NCBI GenBank assembly: GCA_965649825.1 | Contig: OZ287704.1 | Span: forward strand, 852,301 to 916,300 | DNA: 64,000 nucleotides | Direction: 5' to 3' | Origin: Penicillus capitatus | Taxonomy: Eukaryota; Plantae; Chlorophyta | Shown here: positions 21,960-34,756 of the stretch, piece after piece | Layout: every line of letters starts with the position of its first letter | Position numbering within the stretch: position 1 is the stretch's first letter | The notes under the pieces: generated by a model | Told to the model about the DNA's origin: nothing | What the model saw: only the letters and a program-made list of their open reading frames with translations | Databases searched by the model: none | Position numbers and translations under genes: made by a program

Positions 21960-23790
21960 AAACCATCAGCGTCCAGTTTGCGGCCAGAATAATTTGCAAA
22001 GCTCCCGATAGATTGCAGAAGCTAAGCTCCAATGAAGACCACTGGACAAATGTAACACTCCTCTACTGTAACCCAGATAATTTATTACTTGATACAGGAG
22101 AATACATACTCTCCGTTGCGTTTCAAAAAGGAAACCGTTTTGCTGATTCATATGGCATTGCAAACTCATCATCCACCTGTGTGCCTTTAAGGCTTCATTG
22201 AGTTTCTTGAACCATCAAGCATACAAACATATAAAGTCACAATTGCGATTACTCGATCAGATATTTATTCACAACACTTTGAAGCAGGTACCTCTCCATC
22301 AAAGCAGTGTGCAGAGACTCGTCTCTCTTCTCCCTTCTGCGACTAGGTGCAGCACTCAAGAAGTCCACTTCCTTCGGTTTGTCTGACTTCTTTTTCTTCT
22401 TTTTGTCGATCGATTTCAAGCGCAGCAACGGAACTCCGGATGAAGGCATCTGCTTTGCCTTCGGAATCTCAGTGTCCAATTCGAAAGCAGGATTGACAAA
22501 TCCTTCATCCTTCGTTACCTCCAGAATCTCTGGCTGCGTCACGCTAACTTTAAAGCGAGAATGTGTGGTATCTTGGCGAGCGAACACGCTCGGTGAACTG
22601 AGGCTGCTTTCCGATTTGTTATCGTTGTCGTTGATAATCACGCTTTTCGTTTCATCGATGTGGTATTCCAATTCGCTTCCGTCTTCGTCTTCTTCGACGA
22701 TATTGTCCAAAAAAGTAATGGGGAAAGACTCCACTCGCGATGCTTCCATTTCAGTTAACAGCTGCTGCATAGGAACAGGGTTCTTCGCAATCATATCCGG
22801 CAATGAACTCTCTGCCTTCGTCTCTTTGTCCGATGTCGATCGGAACAATCGTGGAGTCGGCTAAAAACAAAAACCACTTCGCGAAACAGCCACCGAGAAA
22901 CGCCAAGTTACCTGAAGCTGAAGTGCGTGCAAGGCATCTGGATTCAGAAGACCAAATTCCAGAACAGAGCTGTCAGCTTTCTCAACTCCACCGACGAGAG
23001 AATCCAGTCGGATCATTTTGTTACGTTCTTTAAAACTCGCGACGCGTTCGGACATGTCTGAGTGTCGACGAGCATGTCTCGGTCCAGTATAGGCACTGGC
23101 GTCCTCGTCACAGTAAAGACTTCCTTCAGGGGTCCCCGACATCTCCAGTCGGTAACTCAGGGCGGATCCCATGTGTCTCAATCGAACCGGTTTTTCCAAA
23201 GTGCACGAACCGACCTCGGAGTCATCGTGTGCGTAAGGACACAAGTAAGCCGCATTTGCATAAGGCGAATTCTTTCCCGAAGGAAGCCTATCGTTGCGGG
23301 ACAGACATGTGAGCATGGTGCGTGTTGCGATTTCAGAATCGTCCCTGGAGCAGAAGGAGTTTCCTCGGGCAATGTTCGGCACATTCTGAAACGCAAAGGC
23401 ACTCGGTGCCAAGGCCACATCTACATCGATTTCTGACGCATCCACAGAGGGAATGCGTTTATGCTCTCGCAATCTCGACGACATGCGCCGTGTGAATTGT
23501 CGTTTGGTCAGGCGCAGACTCGGTTGGGGACTTGCAGAGGGTGCTCGGAAACTTGAGCCGTCAAATCCTGGGTTGGCGAAATAAACCTCATTCAGCACAT
23601 CTTCATAGTAATCCACATGCTCCTCCAGATCTCCCACTTCGGATAACGCCTCCTCCTCCTCTATCTCGGTTTTTTGTTCAGGTCTGCCTTCGTCGACATC
23701 GCGTCTTCTGCCGAAGAGGAAGCCGAACGGCATCATGTTTCTACAAAATCCGGGTCGCGAACAAAGCTCCAGGGGGTTTATGGGAAACAT
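21960..23790 (-). CDS. Uncharacterised protein (acidic/Ser-rich, multi-exon; 3' end unresolved)
   Basis: Long ORFs 22861-23796 and 22249-22848 are joined by a short GT-AG intron, and further exons (KLNEALKAHRWMMSLQCH...) follow. No family recognised. Confidence 0.6.
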
Positions 23791-24026
23791 CAACAAAACG
23801 TATGTCGTGCTGAGAAAAACGATAAAAACGATGAAATAAGGTACAGCAAAACAAAACAGCTTGAGTCAGTCACTACCTGACTCGACGGTTCCGCGGTGTT
23901 TTCTTGCTTTCAACGTTGACGCGAGCTTTCTTGCAAATAAATACAGTGGACAGCAGATTCGGGGGAGGACTGAATGGGAAACTGTAGGCGGTTAAATTCG
24001 CAGAATGCACGCGGGTTTTTACCAAA

Positions 24027-26221
24027 TTAAGCAGTTTGTGTCTCCTTCTGTTCGCGAAATGACTGCCTAAGTTCCTTGAACTTTCTAAAGCATTCTGCCT
24101 TTGTCTTCCCCGGGACTTGCTCTGCAATTTGACCCCATCTATCCGACGCCTCTTTCCCAATTGCTTTCAGTGCTTTCACCAATGCCAGTTCCTGGTCCTT
24201 CGTCCAGCATAAACTATCAGCTGCTGAGTTGGTCATCTTCCCATCACCTAGTCACATCAAATGTAACCGTCAATTTCTTCCGCGTGTTAAGACAGCACGC
24301 CTTGTGTGTTGCATTTTCTGTCGAGCTGGACGTCTGTAAAGGACTCTTCAGCTTTCGTGGGTGCTGAGGCGATTCCGCGGTCCTTTAGGGGGGCTCGCCA
24401 ATTCTGCTGTGCTTCGAAGCGCTTTGAACTGGCTCCTTGTCTCTCTTTGACCATCTGAAGAACTTCTTCCAATGTACGAGTCCTGACGTAGTCTGTCACT
24501 TGATCCCATCGCTTTCGGGTCCCCTGCCCAGCAAGACCTTAAAAACTCGATATCGGCATTCCACGCGCACTTGGGGAAACTTGTTCAATGCCTTGTCCAA
24601 CATCTTGAGCTCCTCTTCTGACCACTCGCCTCCGAAGCCTTGTGCCTTTTTCTTGCCTTCTTTCTGCGCTTCCTCGAATGCTTTGCGAGCGGCTGCCCTT
24701 TCCGCTGCCTTCTTCTTCTTTTCTTCCTCTTCTCGATGTTGCAGCGTCTCAAGGGTATGCTGTCAGACGTACCGTATCTGTCTCAGAAGATTCCTCGTGC
24801 ATTTGTCGCGCACCTTTAACACAGATTGGCATTTGGTGAGATTTCTGGTCTTTTCATTCTCAAGAAAAGTCGACAGTTTCTCAAGTTTTTGCCGATCGAG
24901 CCCTCCACAGATGAAATCCAGATCTGCGTTGTCTAGTAATGGCGCGCCATCGTTCATGCAGAGATCCCGAAGTCGGCGGCGCTGCTCTTTCAAGGCACGT
25001 TTTTCAGCCTCCCTCTCTTTCTTCTCCTGCTCTTGCTGTTGTAGCCTTGCCTCTTCTTGTTCTTTGAGCGCAGCAGCCTTTTCATCTGCCAGCTTCCTTT
25101 CTGCTTCTTCGGCCTCTGCACGCGCTCTGGATTTCTCTTTTTTCTTCTGCAGTCTACAGCTCATGGCAAACTGTCGTTTTGAAATGTGGACAGACACATG
25201 GACGACAGCGACCTGGCCTCCTTTTGCTCCTCTCTATGTTGTGCCACACGAGGATCAAGACGAAAAGCACTCTCCACGAATTCACGAATGCGTTTGCCTT
25301 CGTCCTTCTTCGCCTTCTCTCTCAGTTTCTGATTCTGTCGTTCGATCCATCTCTTATGCTCTCGCGATTCCGCTTGTGCCGGATCTTCTTCATCGGGGTG
25401 CGGAAACTCTCTCCACGACTTAAAAGCGTGCCAGAAATCATAGAAGCGCGAAACTGTATCCCAAGGGACCGATGCATCTCCCAACTCAGGAACTTTCCTG
25501 TCAACGGACCATCGAGCATAACGCCGGAAAGCTGGCGCATACACCTACATATAATTTAATCACACATGTGCTCAGAAAAACAGCAACATCGAATTCTCTC
25601 ACCTTGAAAAAATCAGCAGGATCACAGTCCATAGGAAGTGTATCATCGAATGCGTCTGTCGAATCGTACAATCGTCGCTGCGTTTCATTCGATAGCACTT
25701 CATATGCTTGTTGGATTTCTTTGAATTTCTCTTCCGCTTTATTCCTTTCTTCTTCGGAGTGACTGGCAAACTTGTCTGGATGCATTTTAAGACACATCTT
25801 TCGATAAGCTGAGCAAAGTGTGATATCAATCGCGTGAAAATGTGTGAGATGCTGTCCTACCTTTGACTATTTGATCATCCGTTGCCATCCATCGTTCCTG
25901 TTCCAATCCCAGAAGCTTGTAATAATCGACATCTGCTGAGCTCTTGACAGTATTTTTCGGTTTCCTTGCTTTCTTCCATCGCGTTCTGTATTTGGCAGGT
26001 CACACAGTTCGATTGAGACAGCACGTGACTTGCCCAGAAGGAGGTGTATCACCAAACATGCCTGTCGCTTCATCCTGCTCCACTATCTCTTCAGTCTCTA
26101 ATTCGCATTCAGATTCGTCACTCGTCGTGGAGTCATTCTCCTCTAAACAAACGAGGATGCGTCCGGCAAACCTGAGATGCGATGTGTCATGTACCGATGA
26201 GACCGGCTTGAAGCAAAGCAT
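24027..26221 (-). CDS. DNAJC2: DnaJ/zuotin-related factor (DNAJC2/MIDA1/GlsA-like) with two SANT/Myb domains
   Basis: J-domain [28 protein letters not shown]-like zuotin region ([10 protein letters not shown]), SANT motifs [13 protein letters not shown] and [14 protein letters not shown]...[19 protein letters not shown]. Confidence 0.92.
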
Positions 26222-26388
26222 AGTGATGAAAGACACTGCCCGCCGCTTCTTTGCCGTAATTTTTCGTCAGAGCCGTGAGAGAACGCAGATATTGGCTTTC
26301 TCCATTAGGCAGCAACGAAACATCGTGCTTCAGCAAAAGTCGACGTGTGGACATCAAAAGAATCGATCATTTTGTTCATCCCTTCGTC

Positions 26389-28132
26389 ATGCATTCCGTG
26401 GCTCGGTCGTTAGCATCCTTTGATCTCTTTGAAGTACAGCGATCGCCGAAGCTACGAACGTATTCTCCGCGACGACATCTCTACATCGAAACGCAGAACA
26501 ACACGGTCTCGCTCCTTTCACGCCGAAAGTCCATTCTCTTTCTCTCTTGACGTGTAAGGCATAGTGGCGGACAGGTATGAACAAAGACTGCCGCCCTTTC
26601 GCCGATGTGCAGCCACACAAGAGCCAGGAGATGGTGAGACGATAGAAGAAAGGTTTCAGCGTTTCAAAGAAGAGATACAGCACAAAAGAGAGCAACTCAA
26701 GAAGCAATCTATTCGCACTGCTGCTGATGTTGTTACAACAATGAAGTGAGATACCTCTTTCTCACACTTTTTGAGTGAGAAGTGTGGAGGAACGCACTGA
26801 AGATCGATGATCTGCCACCATTGCCAGATGTAATCAATCAGTCAAACTGGATGCGTTCAGTAAAAGAATTTATCCATGATTTCTCTCGTCGCTTCGAAGA
26901 TATACTGAAGAGAATAACGATATTTCCAGAAAATGACGCCGAAGATGCAAACGATGAAGTAAGCGTTCTCTTCATCGGGGGAAGACACATCTAACCGTTG
27001 GTTGCAGTTGGATACCGAACTCATTGAACGGCTTACGACAATAATGCCTCAGTATCGATCGATGTTTGCTACAGCGGTTGTTGCAGGCAATCTATTGATT
27101 TCGGCTATCATGGTGCTTTCTGCCGTATGGCTTGTCAAGATCGGCGATGTCGATGCATTCGAGAACTTTGGATTTCCAGCAGCAGGTCTCTCTCTTCTAC
27201 TGAACGACGAGAGACGAGGGATGGTGCGTTAGGGTGGGGATTGAACTGGCTGCTGTGGACGGCACCTTATGGCATCGTCATGCAAGTGCTGTGGAATACA
27301 TCGCTGTCTGAACGATGGAAACCGTTAAGGGTAAGGAGCCATCTCATGTGCTATTCTATGTGTCCTTGATGTAAGGCCTTCAAATTCGCAACGTACTTCT
27401 GGAAGTTTAAAGATGAGTTCTATTGGAATCCGAGAGAGTACAGCGATAGAACCCTGCTGATTAAGTCCCTTGGAGAGGCCTGGTTAGAGACGGTCTTGTT
27501 TCAGGGCGTCATGCTTGGTCTTATCCAAGGGGTCTTTTCAGGTGACAACACCCATACATTCATACACCGCACACGGATGTGTCTTCCTAGCGGATTTCAG
27601 CGCAGACATTGAAATGCCGGGAGGATTCGCAGCATCGACTTCTTTACTGTCTCTGTTCCACCTTCCGATTGAAATCCTCACGCTGTGCACCATTTGCGGC
27701 GCTGCAAATCTCTTATCAGGTTCTGTCCTGCTATTGCTTGTCTACGTAATGCATTGCCTGTCGTATGTCCTGTTCAGATCTGTCTCTCGTTTACTCCGTC
27801 GAAGATGTGGTTACTCGTGATGAGCCAATGCCTTTGTACGATGAAGATCCGCGAAGCAGAGCCGAAACTGTCGAAGATTTCATTCTCCTGAGCGATGATC
27901 AAGTCACACTCCTCCTCTCCTTAATTCACACACTTCTGTCTTGCTCTCTTAGATCACCAGACAACGAGCAACGCTGACATTCGGTTACCATTTCCTCACT
28001 CTCGGTTACCTCACCATCGAGGCGCTGTCGATGAGAAGCCTCTACACGTCGATGCTGACCCTGGCGATGGGTCACTACATCATGCTGAAGGGCATTCAGC
28101 GAAGTACAGGACAGATTACAGAGAACGACTAA
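26389..28132 (+). pseudogene. CPBP/Abi (CAAX protease-like) membrane protein, copy A, premature TGA at 26548-26550
   Basis: Same eight-exon model as copy B. CGA in copy B is TGA here in exon 1. Degenerate EExxFRG-like motif (ETVLFQG) and several TM segments. Confidence 0.55.
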
Positions 28133-28241
28133 GAACGCTTTGTACGTGTCATTCCGTTTGCCAGATAGACAACCAAAGAAAACGAGAATGGATCACCGTC
28201 AAACAAACAGCTGCGTCCACCAACTGCGTCGCCATCAGACC

Positions 28242-28407
28242 TCAATCCCTCAATCTGTGGCCGACGGATGTGAGGGTCGGATGCGGATCCAGTGCCGCCT
28301 CGGCGTCTCCGTTGTCCCAGTAACGGTGACTGCCGTTGTGCAGATACCACTCGACTGTCTTCTTCAGTCCTTCTTCCCACGAAGTCCTTTCTGCCCATCC
28401 TAATGCA
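28242..28407 (-). pseudogene. Duplicated 3' fragment of the RmlB-type dehydratase gene
   Basis: Near-identical to ~30280-30445 (LGWAERTSWEEGLKKTVEWY...RLRD*). Truncated at the duplication junction CCTAATGCA|AATCTTATTCATCCC. Confidence 0.9.
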
Positions 28408-28428
28408 AATCTTATTCATCCCTTCGTC

Positions 28429-30170
28429 ATGCATTCCGTGGCTCGGTCGTTAGCGTCCTTTGATCTCTTTGAAGTACAGCGATCGCCGAAGCTACGAACG
28501 TATTCTCCGCGACGACATCTCTACATCGAACCGCAGAACAACACAGTCTCGCCCCTTTCACACCAAAAGTCCATTCTCTTTCTCTCCCGACGTGCAAGGA
28601 ATAATGGCGGACAGGTATGGACAAAGATTGTCGTCTTTGCGTCGATGTTCGGCCACGCAAGAGCCAAGAGATGTAGAAGCCATGGAAGAACGATTTCAGC
28701 GTTTCAAAGAAGAAATGCGACACAGAAGACAGCCAATCGATAAGGATTCGCTCCACTTTGCTTTTGACCTTGTCGCGAAAATAAAGTGCGATGCCTCTTT
28801 GTTACACTTTTTGAGTGAGAAGTGTTGAGGAACGAACTGCGGATGGATGATTTGCCACAACTGTCGGATTACATCGATCTGCCAAACTGGTTACGTGCAT
28901 TCGAAGAATTTCTGAACGATTTCTCGTCGTGGATGGACAATGCATCGAAGAGAATAAAAAAGTGTCTGGAAAAGGACGCCGAAATTGGGGAAGATGAGGT
29001 CAGCGTTCTCTTCATTAAGGAAAGTCACAACGATCTTGTCCCTTACAGCTGGAACTCGAACTGTTCGAACCGATGACACCCCAACTGAGATCGCTGTTTG
29101 CGGCGACTAGTGTTGTGGCCAATCTATTGGTCTCGGCTACCATCCTGCTTTCTGTCGCATGGCTTGTCAAATTCGCCAATGTCGATGCGTTTGAGAAATT
29201 CGAATCGCCGAACTCAGGTGCAGTATTCTTCTATTGAGGACTTTAAGGGAAGAGGGATGTGCATTAGTCTATGGAATACGTTGGCTGTTGTGGACGGCAC
29301 CTTATGCTGGGATCATGCAAGTGCTGTGGAATACATCGCTGTCGGAACGATGGAAACCGCTAAAGGTAAGATGCTATTTCATGTTCTATTCTGCTGTACG
29401 CGTGTCCCTGCTATCAGGCCTTCAAAAACGCATCATCCTTTATGGAGTTTAGAAAAGAGTTTTTTCGCGATCCAAGAGTGTTCGGTGATGTTGCTCTTCT
29501 GATTAAGTCCATCAGCGCAGCATGGACGCGGACGGTCCTGTTTCAGGGCGTCATTTTTGGGTCTATCCAAGAAGTCTTCTCAAGTGACAATCTCCATAGC
29601 ATAGAGGAACTGCATGCAGATCTGTCTTATCTCAGAGGAGGGTACCGTCGGTGAAATGATGGGCGGGTTGACAGTATCAGCTACTTTGCCGTCTCTGTTT
29701 CGCCTTCCGATTGAAGTCCTCGCGCTGTGTGCTTTCTGTGGATTTGTGAATCTCTTTTCAGGTTCTGTCCTGTTAATGCACGTCTAAGCGAAATATTTTT
29801 GCATGTTTGGTGCAGATCTGTCATTGGTTTTCTCGGCCGAAGATGCCATGACTCTCGACGCGCCAATATCACCACACTATAAAGATCCTCGAAGCAGAGC
29901 CGAAACTGTCGAAGATTTCATTCTCCTGAGCGATGATCAAGTCACACTCCTCCTCTCCTTCATCCACACACTTCTGTCTTGCTCTCTTAGATCACCAGAC
30001 AACGAGCAACGCTGACATTCGGTTACCATTTCCTCGCTCTCGGCTACCTCACCATCGAGGCACTGTCGATGAGAAGCCTCTACACGTCGATGCTGACCCT
30101 GGCGATGGGTCACTACATCATGCTAAAGGGCATTCAGCGAAGTACAGGACAGATTACAGAGAACGACTAA
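28429..30170 (+). CDS. CPBP/Abi-like multi-pass membrane protein, copy B (likely plastid-targeted, catalytic motif degenerate)
   Basis: Transit-peptide-like MHSVARSLASF... Eight exons splice in frame. RTVLFQG at the EExxFRG position; C-terminal SLYTSMLTLAMGHY resembles the CPBP terminal motif. Confidence 0.55.
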
Positions 30171-30279
30171 GAACGCTTTGTACGTGTCATTCCGTTTGCC
30201 AGATAGACAACCAAAGAAAACGAGAATGGATCACCGTCAAACAAACAGCTGCGTCCACCAACTGCGTCGCCATCAGACC

Positions 30280-31580
<1,301 letters not shown>

Positions 31581-31701
31581 TTTCTTACCACCTCTTGCTG
31601 CAGATGCGTCGCTGTCGTCGTTAGCGCCGACACTTGGCAAAGAATGACGCAAGAATGTACTTAATGGAAATGGGGCAGTGGACAGCAATTGTGTATATTG
31701 A

Positions 31702-33604
31702 TTAGACAGCCATAGCCTCTGAGATCTTATTCTCTTCACTTTTGGCCTGTTCTTCCGCTTCGGCCAAGGCAAGAAGCAATTCTGGAGCGTGACGGTTAGC
31801 GTGTTCCACTAAGTACTCCATGCTATCCATTTCGGTCAAACGACTGATGGTTCGCTCTTTGGCAAAACTCAATGCATCATCGACGACCCAGTCTCCCTTT
31901 TCTCTCTTATGCGATTCGGCATAGGAGAGGACGCGACCAAACAATTCGTGAATCTGTCCTTTGGCAGAACAGAACATACGTATACTAAGACAGAGACAGA
32001 CATCGCCCACACAGCACACATGACAGACCAAATTGCTTACCGATTATCATAGAGGATGTCAATAAGGGTCACTAGACGATAGGCAGCAGACGTGTTCGTG
32101 GCGTCGATCATGGGAATGTCTTGAATAAAGAGTGTATGAAAATGTTGGCATAGTCCGATATAATCTGCCGATCCTACGGGTCGTCCACAAAGTTCATCAA
32201 ACGTGAAATAACACTGCTTTCCAGATGAAAGAGGAATGTGCATTTTTCTGCCCATTTGAAGTCCAATCTGATGGTTTCTACGGTTGGAATGTCCCATAGA
32301 CTTCTGGTCAAAGGCATTTAGGAGACAGCGATGACGGGATTCTCCGGTGAAGTAGATCCCTTTATTATGTCTGGCCAATTTGCGATAGTCAACTTCAGAT
32401 TCCATATCATGGACATCACACATTTCCTAAACACACCGCATCGATATCCTCGCGTCGATCCATACATAAGACTCGAGGCAAACTTTGAGATTGTCAATGA
32501 AAGGAAGAAAGAGATCGCGTTGAAGGCCTCCGAGATACAGATCGTCTGGTTTTCTATTCGATGTGGCGAGCAGCACCAGCTGACGATCCCACAAAGTCTT
32601 GAAGAGTCTGAGTCATTGAGAACCGATCAGCTGCGTGCGATGGCGAATCGGATCGACCTGTTGATGATCATGGCATCAGCAACATCTGTCACGAAGAACT
32701 CATCGAGTGCCAATACTCGAACACCCTTCGAAATCGAATCGGCTACATACGCCAGAGGATCCGGTTTGTGTGAGTGTTCTTTGAGTTTGGCATGGATGTC
32801 AAGCATGAAATCGTGAAAGTGTGTCCTTTTCAGCTGCACAGACATCGATCGATAGGGGCTTGATGTGACAGGGAGATCGTGCCTTGACTTGAGCAGGCTT
32901 TGTTGCCACGAACATATCCATGAGCATCGTCTTACCCACACCTACCCCACCATACAGATATAACCCACGTGTCGTGCCTTCGACGCGGACGTGCATCGGA
33001 CGTCCCGTCACAGCGCCGTTGACAGATGAAGATTTCTTCATCATCTGCACAATGCCCGAAAACCTGTCACATCATCACTCCGCTCCACTCCATTGACGAA
33101 GGGCAAAGAGCAGATCACGCACCAGTTTGTCTTTTCATTCGTTTTGCCCGAAAACTGTACATTGTCAACGACTGTCAGTCCACTATCGATGACAGGCTGT
33201 TTATATTTTGCATTTAGACGATCATGGAGTTCCTGTCAACGTCATGCGTCCCGTCGAGTTAAGGCCCTTCGACTGCAGGCACCTGGAGTTTCAAAATGAC
33301 GCCTTCTTGGCGCGGGTCACGTCGGTACAGTCCATTCAGTCGGCCCGCCTTAAATGCCGCGAAAGGTCCTTCACTGAAGGCGTGACGAAAAATAAAGTCC
33401 GTGTCGGTAACAAATGAATTTGCATCCACTGCCGACCACACCGTCACAGAAGCATCTTTCCGGGCAGAGATTCCGACCTGGATGACGGAACTGAGGATAG
33501 AGGACTCCGTTTGTTGCGGACAGAGAAAAACAGCGCAGGAGTTGCTGCGCGGTACTAGAGATTTGTGGAATGGCGAGTGACTTGGTCAGAAGGATGCTGC
33601 CCAT
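31702..33604 (-). CDS. AFG1: AFG1-like (LACE1/ZapE) mitochondrial ATPase
   Basis: GLYLYGGVGVGKTMLMDMF (Walker A), THFHDFM, LALDEFFVTDVADAM (Walker B), FDELCGRPVGSADY, RLVTLIDILYDN; targeting-peptide-like N-terminus. Confidence 0.93.
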
Positions 33605-33711
33605 TCAAAAAACGCGACACAGCACGATGTGAATACAGAGGACAACGCAAGAATGACGAGAATGCTGACGTTGACGTGACGGACGACTATCTAAACAGAC
33701 GAACGTCTGCG

Positions 33712-34692
33712 TCAGTCATGGGAAGATCCATGTTTGATGCGTTCGATCGCTTCTCGGTAGGCCGGTTGTGTGGGAGGCTGTGTCGGCTCCAGGATCTTTG
33801 TCCCTTCTTCGAGGTCGTAGTTACGATCGGCATCCCATCCACGTAGATCTCCGCATGCCAAGAAAGGCACGAGGCGTCGATTGGTTAGCGAGAAGTGTTC
33901 CAGATCGTACTGCTCCGTCGCGCCTGTGAGCAACGCCCTCAGTAGCTTCGGCTCGAATCCGTCGGGAGGGGCAAAGTAACGACAGATGACGAATGCTTCG
34001 ATGCTTGAATTGCGGCTGCTTTTGGGCTTCGTACAGAGAACTTCGCCGAAGAGCAAATTCAGTTGGGCGTAAAGTAGACTGATGTCTTTTCCGCGAAAGA
34101 TCTTCGCCACGAAGGTGCCTTGCGGTTTCAAAACGAAAGAGACGATGGTGAGCGCCGCCAGAATGAGCTGTCCTTGAACATATTCATCGAGATCATGCAA
34201 TCCTGTCACATCAGGAGCGCCATCTGATACCACAAGATCCGCCTTTTCGCCTGAATGCAGGACAGGAGAAAGAGTGAGATGATGTGACGTGTACCTTCAA
34301 AGTGTGCGATAACCTCCTTCGCCGTCGATTCGCTCGTAATGTCGCCTTGAATTTGAGTGACCCCTTCAATGGCCGCCATTGGCTGCAAATCGACCGCGAC
34401 GATCTTGGGAATCCGTTCCGCGCCAGATTTGAGAGCAGGGAGGTAGAGACGCCGGCTCAGGACCTGACTCCAGCTTCCCGGCGCTGCACACAAATCCACG
34501 ACACGCTGGACACCTAAGGCACGATGCCATTGCCTCCCAGAGTCACCTCTTTATACACTTTGGAGTCTCACCATCAAGAATATGCAATTCGTCGTCAATT
34601 TGCAGCAGCTTATAGGCGCTGCGTGCACGCCATCCCTCTTCCTTCGCTTTACGGTAGTAAATGTCCCGTTTGTCTTTGGATCCCTTCGTCAT
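33712..34692 (-). CDS. TRM7: tRNA (cytidine32/guanosine34-2'-O)-methyltransferase, FtsJ family
   Basis: [72 protein letters not shown]. Confidence 0.95.
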
Positions 34693-34756
34693 CGAACGCT
34701 GTCAGACGTCACATCATTGTCTTTGTCCTTTGTCCTTCCTTCGAGTTTTCTCTGAG
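34693..34756. promoter_or_regulatory. 64-bp interval between the divergent TRM7 and DDX46 start codons (bidirectional promoter)
   Basis: ATG on minus at 34692 and ATG on plus at 34757. Confidence 0.55.

Noticed and set aside
26745-26800. Apparent non-canonical (GA donor or non-AG) intron 2 in the CPBP-like genes
   Set aside because: A 44-nt GT-AG intron ending at the later GAG (TGGAG/TTGAG) restores the frame in both copies.
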